This document shows, piece by piece, positions 39,119 to 48,637 of a stretch of DNA of 64,000 nucleotides (within the stretch, counting starts at the first letter, position 1; every line of letters starts with the position of its first letter). The notes beneath the pieces are model-generated. The model was not told the origin of the DNA and did no database searches. It saw nothing but the letters and a program-made list of their open reading frames with translations. The translations under genes and the position numbers were made by a program. Origin of the DNA: an uncultured delta proteobacterium (GTDB lineage: Bacteria > Desulfobacterota > Binatia > UBA9968); NCBI GenBank assembly GCA_963816145.1, contig CAWFJP010000001.1, positions 352,001 to 416,000 on the forward strand, written 5' to 3'.

Positions 39119-40057
39119 ATGGATGACAATGGCAGCAGGGCGGGATGGTTTGGCGTCAAGGCCGTAGCCGCGGTTGTGGTCGGTGCACTCGGTATGGGAG
39201 CGATCTTCTACAGCTCCAGCGTCGGGACCGAGACTTCGAAAAAATCACCGCTCCCGCCGGCCGATAGTCAGACCATCAAACCGGTCCGCGCCATGAATAT
39301 AGCCCTGGGCCCGATGGTGTTTTTAGCGCGTGAACTAAATTTTACCGTAACCAACACCAAGGGTGATAAGCTCGACGACAGCCGCATCGCGGCCCGTGTC
39401 GAGAGCCAACTGCAAGGGATACGCAATCTCTATCGAGGAGAGATCGCCAAGAATCCCAAGCTGGTCGGTAGCTTGAACTTGCAATTCAACGTCACTCCCG
39501 CCGGCCAAGTCAGCCAGGTAAAGGAAATAAACTCCCGGCTCAACGATGCTGAGTTTAAACAAACCGTCGCTGCCGAAGTCGGCAAATGGAGCTTCGCCGA
39601 GCTCGGCAGCGGTCCCTTGACGGTGCAGATTCCTCTGCTTTTCGTTCAGGAAGGCATGGATATCACCACGTTGATGCACTGGGAGAGTTCGTTAGCCGGT
39701 GCGCCTGAAAACCTGGTTGCCGCTCCCGCTGCCAAACCTGAAAGAGCCCAACAAACCAAGGCCGCCGAGACGGCAATACCGCCCAGTGCGGTCGCGAAAA
39801 CAGCGCCCGCGCCCGAGAAAACCGCTCCAGCCAAGGTCAAGACCGAAGGCGAAGAAGTCCAGATAAAGTTCGTTACGCCATTGCGCAAGGAGCCCAATTT
39901 CAGTTCGTCAGTACTTACGACATTTACCATCGGCACCAAAGTAACGGTGGTAAACCGCAGCGGTGATTGGCTCGAAGTCCGTTCGCATCACACTGGACCG
40001 AGCGGTTACATTCGCAAAGAATTCGCCACCCCCGTCGACGTTATCGTGCAGCGCTAA
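39119..40057 (+). CDS. Membrane-anchored protein with a TonB-C/AgmX-C-like domain, Pro/Ala linker and C-terminal SH3b domain
   Basis: TM helix; IRNLY..EIAKNPKLVG.L.LQFNV.PAGQV ... VGKWSF; LRKEP...GDWLEV...SGYI. Confidence 0.72.
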   Translation: MDDNGSRAGWFGVKAVAAVVVGALGMGAIFYSSSVGTETSKKSPLPPADSQTIKPVRAMNIALGPMVFLARELNFTVTNTKGDKLDDSRIAARVESQLQGIRNLYRGEIAKNPKLVGSLNLQFNVTPAGQVSQVKEINSRLNDAEFKQTVAAEVGKWSFAELGSGPLTVQIPLLFVQEGMDITTLMHWESSLAGAPENLVAAPAAKPERAQQTKAAETAIPPSAVAKTAPAPEKTAPAKVKTEGEEVQIKFVTPLRKEPNFSSSVLTTFTIGTKVTVVNRSGDWLEVRSHHTGPSGYIRKEFATPVDVIVQR

Positions 40058-40122
40058 TTACCGCGCTTTGAATTTAGCCGGCAAGCCTTGCAAATCGGCC
40101 TTGGCGCCAGCACGATGGCTCC

Positions 40123-41094
40123 ATGCGGTTGCATATTGGAAAACCTTGGCAACTCACTGAGCGAGAGCTGACACCGGAAAAGTTTTTTCACCAACGCCGC
40201 CAACTGATCAAATCCGCCGGCCTCATCGGTTTCGGCATGGCGAGCGGTATGTTATCAGCCTGCGGTCCGGCCGAGGATGCTGTCCGCGTCGGCGCTCAGG
40301 AGACCCCCCATAGCCTCGATCTCTATCCGGCACGGCGCAATCCGCAGTTCGTCCTCGATCGTCCAGTGACCTCGGAAACGTACGCCGCTTCTTACAATAA
40401 TTTCTACGAGTTCAGCGTTTTCAAGAGCCGCGTCTACAAAAACGCCGCGCGCTTGACGACTGATCCATGGCAGGTGGCTATCGCCGGGCTCATCGCCAAG
40501 CCGCGAGTTTACGACATCGACGAACTAGTTCGCTCAATGGCGCTTGAAGAGCGCCATTATCGCTTTCGCTGTGTCGAGGCCTGGGCCATGGCCGTACCGT
40601 GGACCGGCTTTCCGCTCACTGCGATGATCAATATAGTCGAGCCGCTGTCCGCCGCGAAGTTCGTCCGCTTCACGACCTTCTTGAAACCCGAGCAGGCGAC
40701 CAATCAAAGCCCGTCCAACGGACCCTGGCCTTACACTGAAGCTTTGACCATGGCGGAAGCGATGAACGAGCTAACGATCCTCGCCACCGGCATCTACGGT
40801 CATCCGCTGCCCAAACAGCATGGCGCGCCGCTGCGCCTCGTCGTGCCGTGGAAGTACGGTTTCAAGAGCATCAAGTCGATCGTAAAAATCGAATTCACCG
40901 CCGAACGGCCGACAACTTTCTGGAATAGCAACCGCCCCAAGGAATACGACTTCACGGCGAACGTCGACCCAAACACGCCACATCCCCGCTGGTCGCAAGC
41001 GACGGAGAAACTGATCGATACCGGTGAGCGCCGAGCAACGCTGCCGTACAACGGCTACGGCGAATGGGTGGCGGGGCTCTATGGGAAAACGTGA
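40123..41094 (+). CDS. msrP: Protein-methionine-sulfoxide reductase catalytic subunit
   Basis: Tat-like RRQLIK; YNNFYEF, FRCVEAW, PWKYGFKSIKSI and HPRWSQATE motifs. Confidence 0.93.
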   Translation: MRLHIGKPWQLTERELTPEKFFHQRRQLIKSAGLIGFGMASGMLSACGPAEDAVRVGAQETPHSLDLYPARRNPQFVLDRPVTSETYAASYNNFYEFSVFKSRVYKNAARLTTDPWQVAIAGLIAKPRVYDIDELVRSMALEERHYRFRCVEAWAMAVPWTGFPLTAMINIVEPLSAAKFVRFTTFLKPEQATNQSPSNGPWPYTEALTMAEAMNELTILATGIYGHPLPKQHGAPLRLVVPWKYGFKSIKSIVKIEFTAERPTTFWNSNRPKEYDFTANVDPNTPHPRWSQATEKLIDTGERRATLPYNGYGEWVAGLYGKT

Positions 41095-41097
41095 GGA

Positions 41098-41152
41098 GTA
41101 GGGGTTAGGGGTTAGGCGGTGAAGCGACAGATCCGAATCGCCTAACCCCTTA
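41098..41152. repeat. Inverted TAGGGGT 7-mer arrays forming a hairpin between convergent genes
   Basis: taggggttaggggttaggcg ... cgcctaacccctta. Confidence 0.6.
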
Positions 41153-41189
41153 CGACGGGACTACTAAATGGTAACACTCACGCTTGCGA

Positions 41190-42299
41190 CTAAATCAATT
41201 GCTTCAACGCCTTCGACAGCGTTTCAACATTCTCCACCCGCGAGCCATGGCCCATCAGACCGACGCGCCAGATTTTGCCCTTGAGCGGACCCAAGCCGGC
41301 GCCGATTTCGATGTTGAACTCGTCGTATAAGCGCGCGCGCACCTTGGCGTCGTCGGCGCCTTCGGGGATCTTGATGGCGTTGATCATCGGCGCGCGGATC
41401 GATTCGGCCACCGCCGGATCGATCTCCAGCTTGCGCATTTCGCGGATAAACACCTCGTGGGTCTGCTTGTGGCGCTGCCAAGATTTATCCAGTCCTTCTT
41501 CGAGGACGATGCGCAGCGCTTCATGCAAGGCGTAGTTCATCGAGATCGGCGCGGTGTGATGGTAGACGCGCTCGCTGCCCCAGTATTTCTCGATCATCGA
41601 CAGATCGAGATACCAGCTCTGCACCTTGGTCTTGCGCTGGCGGATCACTTCGATGGCGCGTTCGTTGAAAGTCACCGGCGACAGTCCCGGGGGGCAACCC
41701 AAACATTTCTGCGTGCCGCTGTAGCAAGCGTCGATGCCAAGTTCGTCGACCCGCACCGGCGCGCCGCCCAACGAGGTGACGGCGTCGACCACCAAGAGCG
41801 CGCCGCTGTCGCGCACCAGCTTGGCGATATCGTCCATCGGCTGGAGCACGCCGGTGGAAGTCTCGGCGTGCACGACGGCAACCAGTTTGTATTTGTTCTT
41901 GGCCAGCGCCTCTTTGACCTTCTGCGCATCGAGCGCCGTGCCCCACTCGGCTTCCACCGTGTCCACTTGCGCGCCGCAGCGCTGCGCGACATCGACCATG
42001 CGCGTGCCGAAGACGCCGTTGACGCCGATCAACACGCGGTCGCCGGGCTCGATCAAGTTGACGAAGCAGGTCTCCATGCCGGCACTGCCGGTGCCGGACA
42101 TCGGCAGGGCCAAACGGTTCTTGGTCTGGAACAGCTCGCGCAGCATGGCCATGCTCTGATCCATAATTTCCAAAAACTTCGGATCGAGATGACCGACCAC
42201 CGGCAGCGCCAGCGCCGCGAGCACGCGCGGGCTGACCGGACTGGGCCCCGGGCCGAGCAAGGTTCGAATCGGTGGATTGGCTTTAGGGGCTGCTGGCAT
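41190..42299 (-). CDS. Alanine-glyoxylate/serine-pyruvate aminotransferase (class V PLP)
   Basis: LLGPGPS, HAETSTG, VDAVTSLG, SGTQKCL and YHHT motifs. Confidence 0.93.
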   Translation of the reverse strand: MPAAPKANPPIRTLLGPGPSPVSPRVLAALALPVVGHLDPKFLEIMDQSMAMLRELFQTKNRLALPMSGTGSAGMETCFVNLIEPGDRVLIGVNGVFGTRMVDVAQRCGAQVDTVEAEWGTALDAQKVKEALAKNKYKLVAVVHAETSTGVLQPMDDIAKLVRDSGALLVVDAVTSLGGAPVRVDELGIDACYSGTQKCLGCPPGLSPVTFNERAIEVIRQRKTKVQSWYLDLSMIEKYWGSERVYHHTAPISMNYALHEALRIVLEEGLDKSWQRHKQTHEVFIREMRKLEIDPAVAESIRAPMINAIKIPEGADDAKVRARLYDEFNIEIGAGLGPLKGKIWRVGLMGHGSRVENVETLSKALKQLI

Positions 42300-42339
42300 A
42301 AATTAACTCCTATCTAATTTAGTAGCGAACCGTCCGGGT

Positions 42340-42474
42340 CCTCTCCCCCTTGACGGGGGAGAGTTAGAGTGGGGGGCTGTGCTTTATAGAATAGGTTCAA
42401 ACCGTTCAATCGCTGCGCTCCGTTCAAACCGCTGAACCCCCACCTTGATCCTCTCCCGCGATCGCGGGGGAGGA
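42340..42474. repeat. Family-A palindrome doublet with an intervening family-E arm
   Basis: ctctcccccttgacgggggagag; gttcaaaccgttcaatcgctgcgctccgttcaa; cctctcccgcgatcgcgggggagg. Confidence 0.7.
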
Positions 42475-42500
42475 AAACGGAATTTGTTCACAGCTCAGAT

Positions 42501-43388
42501 TTATTTCTCGTCTTTCACGTACAAATCCATGCTGCCGATTTTCTCTATCGTGCCATGGAGATGATCGCCGTCGCGAAGCTTGCTCACGCCGGCCGGCGTG
42601 CCAGTGGTGATGCAATCGCCTGAGCGCAGCGTCAAACAACTGCTCAAGAAGCGGATATGCTCGCGGATGCCGCAGATCATATCGCTGGTGTGGGCGATCA
42701 TCGCCTCTTTGCCGTTCTGCAGGACCGTGATGCTCAAGTTCTGCGGCTCGTCGATCTCGTCGCGGGTGACAATCCACGGGCCGAGCGCGGTGAAGGTATC
42801 CATGCCTTTGCGAATATTGCGCGTGTTGTGCATGCCTTTGCCCCATGGATCGCGTTGACTGATGTCCCAGCAGATCATGTAGCCGAACACGTGATTGAGC
42901 GAATCGGCTTCGCTGACATTGCGCGCGCGCCTGCCGATAACCGCGCATAGCTCGCACTCGAAATCCACCAGCTTCGAGCGCTTCGGCAAAATGATCGTGT
43001 CGCCCGGGCCGATGATCGACGACGTCGTCTTGATGAAGAATTCCGCCATTAAATCATCTTTGTTGATGACCGGCCGTTCGGCATTACCCATGCGCTCGAC
43101 CATCTCGGCGCGGTGCGCGCCATAGTTCGCCGCCGCCGCCCAGAGCGTGCCGGGGTTTTGGATCGGTGCCAGGAGCTTCACGGATTTCAAATCGAGCCCG
43201 CCCGAGCCATTGGCCGCGTCGCGGGCGATCTGCAGCGCCGCCGGATTATTAGCCAAGGCGTCGATGATTTCGACCATCGTATAACCCTGGCGCGCCAGGC
43301 CGGCTTTGACCATCGCGTCGCCGAAGTTGATCACCTTATCGCCGACAACCACGCCGGCTTGATGATTATCATAATGACAGATCTTCAT
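42501..43388 (-). CDS. Fumarylacetoacetate hydrolase family protein
   Basis: NY, DFECEL, DISQRD, KGMDTF..LGPW and TGTPAGV motifs. Confidence 0.92.
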   Translation of the reverse strand: MKICHYDNHQAGVVVGDKVINFGDAMVKAGLARQGYTMVEIIDALANNPAALQIARDAANGSGGLDLKSVKLLAPIQNPGTLWAAAANYGAHRAEMVERMGNAERPVINKDDLMAEFFIKTTSSIIGPGDTIILPKRSKLVDFECELCAVIGRRARNVSEADSLNHVFGYMICWDISQRDPWGKGMHNTRNIRKGMDTFTALGPWIVTRDEIDEPQNLSITVLQNGKEAMIAHTSDMICGIREHIRFLSSCLTLRSGDCITTGTPAGVSKLRDGDHLHGTIEKIGSMDLYVKDEK

Positions 43389-43628
43389 TTTCGGACCTCC
43401 GAGTTTGTACGAACGTAGGATTTCCTCTCTTACCTGAAGCACCGGCCAATGTCCAATGACATGTTGCGATGCAAATGCGAGTTACGCCCCGGCCGATTTA
43501 CACCAGGGTCAAGGAATTCTGATTGACAAGCGCGCAACCACAAGCTTAATAGTGTTTTCTTTGACCGGTGCAAGGGATCGAACCTCTAAACCAGGACAAA
43601 ATTGATGACACGCTAAGGGGGCATAATC

Positions 43629-44438
43629 ATGGACTGGAATAAAACCATGCAAACAATTGTCGATGTCGGCATTCAAGTCGGCTTCAAAGTCGTTGCCGCA
43701 ATCGTTTTCTATTTAGTTGGCCGGTGGCTCATCGGTTTAGCGATCCGGTTGGTGAGTTCGGCTTTGGAAAAGCAAAAGGTCGATCCCACCTTGCTGCGTT
43801 ACATCGGCACGGTGATCTCGGTCACGTTGAACGTCATCTTGGTCGTCGCCATCCTCGGCTACTTCGGCGTCGAGACTACCAGCTTCGCCGCCATCCTCGC
43901 CGCCGCCGGTGTTGCCATCGGCATGGCGTGGAGCGGCTTGCTGGCGAATTTCGCCGCCGGCGCGTTCATGATCGTTCTGCGGCCCTTCAAGGTCGGTGAT
44001 TTCGTCACCGCTGCCGGTGTCACCGGCACGGTGAAGGAGATCGGCCTCTTCGTCACGGCGGTTGTCACGCCCGATAACGTCCTCACTATGCTTGGCAACA
44101 ACAAGATTTTCTCCGACACCATTCAAAACTTTTCGGCGAACCCATTCCGCCGCGTCGACTTAAAGGCCCAGCTCGCCCATTCAGTCGATCACAACGAAGC
44201 GATCAAGCTGCTCAAAGAACGGGTTGCCAGGGTCGCCAATGTCAAAACCGACCCGCCGCCCGATGTCGAAGTGCTTGAGTTCAATTTCAACGGCCCGGTG
44301 CTCGCCGTGCGCCCCTATTGCCACACCGACAACTACTGGCAGGTCTATTTCGACACCAACAAAGCCATTCGCGAGACCTGCGGCGCCGCCGGCTATCCCG
44401 TGCCCGAACAACATTTCGTCGTCCGCAATCCGTCGTAA
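43629..44438 (+). CDS. mscS: Small-conductance mechanosensitive channel
   Basis: Three TM helices; AAAGVAIGMA, LANFAAG and RPFKVGD motifs. Confidence 0.9.
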   Translation: MDWNKTMQTIVDVGIQVGFKVVAAIVFYLVGRWLIGLAIRLVSSALEKQKVDPTLLRYIGTVISVTLNVILVVAILGYFGVETTSFAAILAAAGVAIGMAWSGLLANFAAGAFMIVLRPFKVGDFVTAAGVTGTVKEIGLFVTAVVTPDNVLTMLGNNKIFSDTIQNFSANPFRRVDLKAQLAHSVDHNEAIKLLKERVARVANVKTDPPPDVEVLEFNFNGPVLAVRPYCHTDNYWQVYFDTNKAIRETCGAAGYPVPEQHFVVRNPS

Positions 44439-44520
44439 CCCAGGCCAACACGTACAGCAGTTTAAAAAATGGCGAGTCTATTCAGTTCGGCTCGCCTGAC
44501 TGCTATAGACAAATTTTATC

Positions 44521-44593
44521 TCACCACGAAGTGCACGAAGGACACGAAGGGTTCGGATAACCAAGACTCCGAACTTCGTGCCCTTCGTGGTGA
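44521..44593. repeat. Family-B palindrome
   Basis: tcaccacgaagtgcacgaaggacacgaag ... cttcgtgcccttcgtggtga. Confidence 0.8.
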
Positions 44594-44683
44594 AAGACTC
44601 TTTCCCATCTGGCGCAGTTTGACCTTCCAGCCCGCCTCGGCGTATGTATCAAAGGCACATCTTCTTAAGAAACGAGTCATTTA

Positions 44684-45715
44684 ATGTTGAGCTTAAAAGT
44701 CGGCGTCACCAAGAATCCCCGCTTCGAGCCGCTCATCGACGGCAGCGTCAAATCGGCCAAAGTTGGTCTGAACATCCATGTCACGACGCCGCCCGAGCTG
44801 TTTTTCAAAAATCTCAAGAACGACGAGTTCGATGTCTTCGAGATGTCGCTGTCGGAATTTCTCATCACCCGAGAGCAGGCCAAAGGCGACCGCTGGCAGT
44901 GGGCGGCATTGCCGATCTTTCCCGCCAAAGCATTTGTCTGGATGACCTTGTTCGTCAACACCGGCGCCGGCATTCAAGGACTCTGCGATCTTGAGGGCAA
45001 ACGCGTCGGCATCCCCGATTACGTCATGACCGCCGGTCTGTGGTTTCGCGTCATCCTGCGCGAACTCTGCAACATTCAGCCAAAGGACATCTCCTGGTAC
45101 ATCGGCCGGGTCCAAGACCTGAGCCACGGCGGTTTGCTCGGCATGGACACCCGCCCCCCCGCCGGCGTGTCGACAAACTGGCTTACTAAAGAGCAGACCT
45201 TTGACGTCATGCTCGACAAAGGCGAAATCGACGCCGCCTACGGCTTCGCGCCGCGCCACGACGCCAAACTTATGACGCTCAACATCGACCGCTATGGCGG
45301 CACGCCGCTGGAAGGCAATCCGCGGCTGCGCAAAATGTTCGCCGACGGCGGTCTGTCGATCGTCGAGCAATTTTACAAAAAAACCGGCATTGTGCCGGCG
45401 AATCATGTCATCGTCGCCCAGCGCCGCCTGCTCGAAGAAAACAGTTGGCTGCCGGCGGAAATCGTCCAATTGTTCAGCGAGAGCAAACGGATCGCCTACG
45501 AGCGCGGCAACTATGGCAATCCCGCTTATCTTTATTTCGAGCGCAGCGATCGCGCCAGCCAAGAAAAAATGGTCGGCACCGATCCATTTCCGTTCGGCAT
45601 CGCCAATAATCGAAAAATGCTCGAAACGCTCTTTCGCAACTCCCACGAGGAAGGCTTAACCCAACGCCTGGCAAAAATCGAAGAAGTATTTTTCCCGGCC
45701 CTGCTCGACACATGA
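44684..45715 (+). CDS. 4,5-dihydroxyphthalate decarboxylase-like (PBP2-fold) protein
   Basis: FDVFEMSLS, LPIFP, LEGKRVGIPDY.MTA.LW, P.NHVIV and DPFPFGI..N motifs; no signal peptide. Confidence 0.8.
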   Translation: MLSLKVGVTKNPRFEPLIDGSVKSAKVGLNIHVTTPPELFFKNLKNDEFDVFEMSLSEFLITREQAKGDRWQWAALPIFPAKAFVWMTLFVNTGAGIQGLCDLEGKRVGIPDYVMTAGLWFRVILRELCNIQPKDISWYIGRVQDLSHGGLLGMDTRPPAGVSTNWLTKEQTFDVMLDKGEIDAAYGFAPRHDAKLMTLNIDRYGGTPLEGNPRLRKMFADGGLSIVEQFYKKTGIVPANHVIVAQRRLLEENSWLPAEIVQLFSESKRIAYERGNYGNPAYLYFERSDRASQEKMVGTDPFPFGIANNRKMLETLFRNSHEEGLTQRLAKIEEVFFPALLDT

Positions 45716-45781
45716 CGATCCGGCAATTTGGAATCTGGAATTCGTAATCTGTAATTGCCGACGAGCGCAGCGAGGAGAAAC

Positions 45782-46879
45782 ATGGCAAAGCTATTCGGCA
45801 CCGTCGACGCCGACGGCCACTTGGAAGAAAATCATATCGACTGGAAGGCGCGTCTGCCGGAAAAGTATCAAAGCCTAGCGCCCGAGCGGCGCGATAGCGG
45901 CAACGGCCAACTGCGCACCATCATCGAAGGCAAGGCCTGGCCGCGCCCCAGCGGTCTCGGCATCGGCGTTGGCGGCCCCTACAGCCGACCCCACCCGCGC
46001 CGCCCCGGCATGACCGATCCGCATGCGCGCCTGGTCGACATGGATAGCGAAAAAATCGATGTCGCGGTGCTGTTCGGCGCTGGACTTGCCGGCACACTTC
46101 CGGCATTGGAAGACGCGGGGCTCGCCGCGGCGCTGGCCAGCGCGCGCAACTCCTGGCTCGCCGAGTATTGCGCCGCCGACCCCAGGCGCATCAAAGGCAC
46201 CGCCGCCCTGGCGCAGCAAGACATCGACGCCAGCGTGAACGAGTTGCGCCGCAGCGTCAAAGAACTCGGCATGGTCGGCGCCTCGATCTTTCCCAACGTC
46301 AAAGGCCGCCACCTCGGCGACTCCGCTTATTTTCCGCTGTACGCCGAAGCGGAAAAATTAAACGTTCCCATCTGCGTGCATATGTTTCTCGGCCGCTACG
46401 GCTCCGACGCCACCGGCACCGAGCGCGTCGACAAGTTTTTTTACTCGCATCTGTTCGGCCATCCGTTCGAGCAGATGATCGCCCTATCGGTGATCCTGGG
46501 CGAAGGCGTGCTCGACCGCTTTCCCAAGCTGCGCTTCGTGTTTTTAGAATCCGGCTGCGGCTGGTTGCCCTATTGGTTTCACCGCATGGACGAGCATTTC
46601 GAAGTGCTCGGCGTGCAGACGCCGGACTTGAAAGCGGCGCCGAGCAAACTGCTCGAACGCGGCCAGCTTTATTTTTCCTTCGAGGCGGACGAAAGCGAAC
46701 TCGCCCATGTCATCGAAGTTTTCGGCGACGATTGGTTGGTCTTCGCCTCAGACTACAGCCACTTCGACAGCCGCTGGCCCGGCGCATCGGAGCCGATCGT
46801 CAATCACCCAAGCCTAAGCGACGCAACCAAACGAAAAATTCTGAATGACAACGCGCGCAAGCTCTACCCACTGGACTGA
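45782..46879 (+). CDS. Amidohydrolase family 2 protein
   Basis: VDADGH, ICVH, FLESGCGW and FASDYSH motifs. Confidence 0.9.
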   Translation: MAKLFGTVDADGHLEENHIDWKARLPEKYQSLAPERRDSGNGQLRTIIEGKAWPRPSGLGIGVGGPYSRPHPRRPGMTDPHARLVDMDSEKIDVAVLFGAGLAGTLPALEDAGLAAALASARNSWLAEYCAADPRRIKGTAALAQQDIDASVNELRRSVKELGMVGASIFPNVKGRHLGDSAYFPLYAEAEKLNVPICVHMFLGRYGSDATGTERVDKFFYSHLFGHPFEQMIALSVILGEGVLDRFPKLRFVFLESGCGWLPYWFHRMDEHFEVLGVQTPDLKAAPSKLLERGQLYFSFEADESELAHVIEVFGDDWLVFASDYSHFDSRWPGASEPIVNHPSLSDATKRKILNDNARKLYPLD

Positions 46880-46888
46880 AACGAGGGA

Positions 46889-47827
46889 GTGATGTTGTTG
46901 CGACTTTTGCTTTTATTCGTCCTATCGGTCGGATCCGCCGGATCCCTCGCCCGCGCCGAAAACATCAAAATCGGCCTGCCGTCGGTGACCATCACCGCCA
47001 TGCCGTTCTTCGTCGCCAAAGAGCATGGCTTCTTCCAACAAGAAGGCCTCAATGCCGAGATGGTCGTGATGCCGGCCTCGCTCAACATCAAAGTGCTGCT
47101 CGCCGGCGACATTCAATACGCCGCCACCATGGGTTCCGCCGTCGCCGCCGCCATCCGCGGCATCAACGTGCGCATCGTCATGCTGTTCGTCGACCGGCCG
47201 CTGCAGGACCTCGTCGGTGCCGCGAGCATCGCATCCATTGCCGACTTGAAAGGTAAGACCGTAGCGATCTCGTCGCGCGGCGGCCTGCAGGACATCATCA
47301 TGCGGCGCATCCTGACCCAGTCGAAAGTTGATCTGAATTCAGTGAACGTCATCACCATTCCCGGCCAGACCGCGATGATCTCGGCGCTCAAGACCAACCG
47401 CGTCGCCGCGGCTATGTTGAACCCGCCGTTTAATTTTATCGCCTATCGCGAAGGACTCACCAACTTGGGCTTCTCGGGCAACTTCGTGCGGTTGCCGAGC
47501 ACCGGTGTGGCGACTTTGGGCGAGACATTGGAAGCGATTCGCCGGATCAAGTCCGCCGCCTGACCCGCGCCCTGAGCGCGCGCGCGAACTTTCGCTAAAG
47601 AAAACAAAGCGAAAGTCTTCCCATTGCTCAAACGCGTCCTGCGCATCGACGACGAAGATTTACTGTCGAAGATTTACGAACAACACAAACAAGTCGAAAC
47701 CGCCGACGGCCGCGTCGATGCCCAGCTCATGGCCGACACCATCCGCGACGCCCGCCAAACCGAAAACATCACCAAAGAAATTCCGGTTAGTCAGGTTTTT
47801 GATTTTTCCTATTTGCCAACGCGATAA
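46889..47827 (+). CDS. ABC substrate-binding protein, SsuA/NMT1 type; frameshift near 47535
   Basis: GFFQQEGL and LKGKTVAIS motifs; the C-terminus (SPDQVRRLTRAL...VFDFSYL) continues in another frame to 47827. Confidence 0.82.
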
Positions 47828-48461
47828 AAAGGGTAGGTGCAAAACCTGCTTGCTGTAGCTGGGTTCTGATCGCCAACGTCTGATAATCGATTCACCCGAT
47901 CCGCCGACGACCGTCGACATAACCAAGCTCGCATAACAGTTAAACGCGCTTTGTTATTCCACCGCTTTCAATGACCTGTCACAGCCGGCAAAGCCTCGAT
48001 TCTCGATCAGTCTCATCCGTCGGCGCCCAACTGTGCCGAAACAGATCTTTCCGTCAAGCGATACTTCCACGTTTCGAGAATAACCGAAACGTCAAAATGT
48101 TGGCTGGACGAAAAAGTCCTACACACTCTTTTCTAATTAATGCCGAATCAGTCGATAAAGCACTCTCTTTGCCGAGGTTTATTTGACAGGTCAACTTTTC
48201 GTACGCAGAAATGCTTAAAGATTTCAGCTCAGAGCATCAATTGCCGCGTCACTTTTATGGGCGCGCGTCTTTCCAGCAAGCTTTGCACGAAACGGGGTCT
48301 TATAATGACTCCATTGTTTCCCACTGAATGCCAATTGACCGGCAACTGTTAACCGCTTGGCACTACCAGGCTGACACCTGGAATTCGTTCCGCACTGGCG
48401 CGTGCCCGAATATCTCTTTGCGCTCAACTATTTGCCACTCGACCATCCACGTTTTGCCGCT

Positions 48462-48477
48462 CGGCACGGTGATTGCT
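48462..48477 (+). promoter_or_regulatory. Sigma54 -24/-12 promoter
   Basis: CGGCACGGTGATTGCT, a near-consensus YGGCACG-N4-TTGCW. Confidence 0.7.
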
Positions 48478-48529
48478 TTCTGACGAATTACTGTGAGCCA
48501 AGACCATTAAAAGAGCAGGATAGACCAAA

Positions 48530-48637
48530 ATGCGTCACAGAGTAATTAAGGTGCTAATGATCGCAAGCATGCCGCTGGCAGCGACGATAACGCAAGGCTT
48601 CCCACTGGAGCTGGGCGGTACAGAGTCCCGTCGATGA
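48530..48637 (+). CDS. Putative 35-aa small ORF (MRHRVIKVLMIASMPLAATITQGFPLELGGTESRR)
   Basis: AGGA upstream; first ATG after the sigma54 box; ATGA overlap with the 48634 start. Confidence 0.35.
   Translation: MRHRVIKVLMIASMPLAATITQGFPLELGGTESRR

Noticed and set aside
2270-47540. Programmed ribosomal frameshifting at the split genes
   Set aside because: No slippery heptamers or consistent downstream structures were seen, and the gene families are unrelated.
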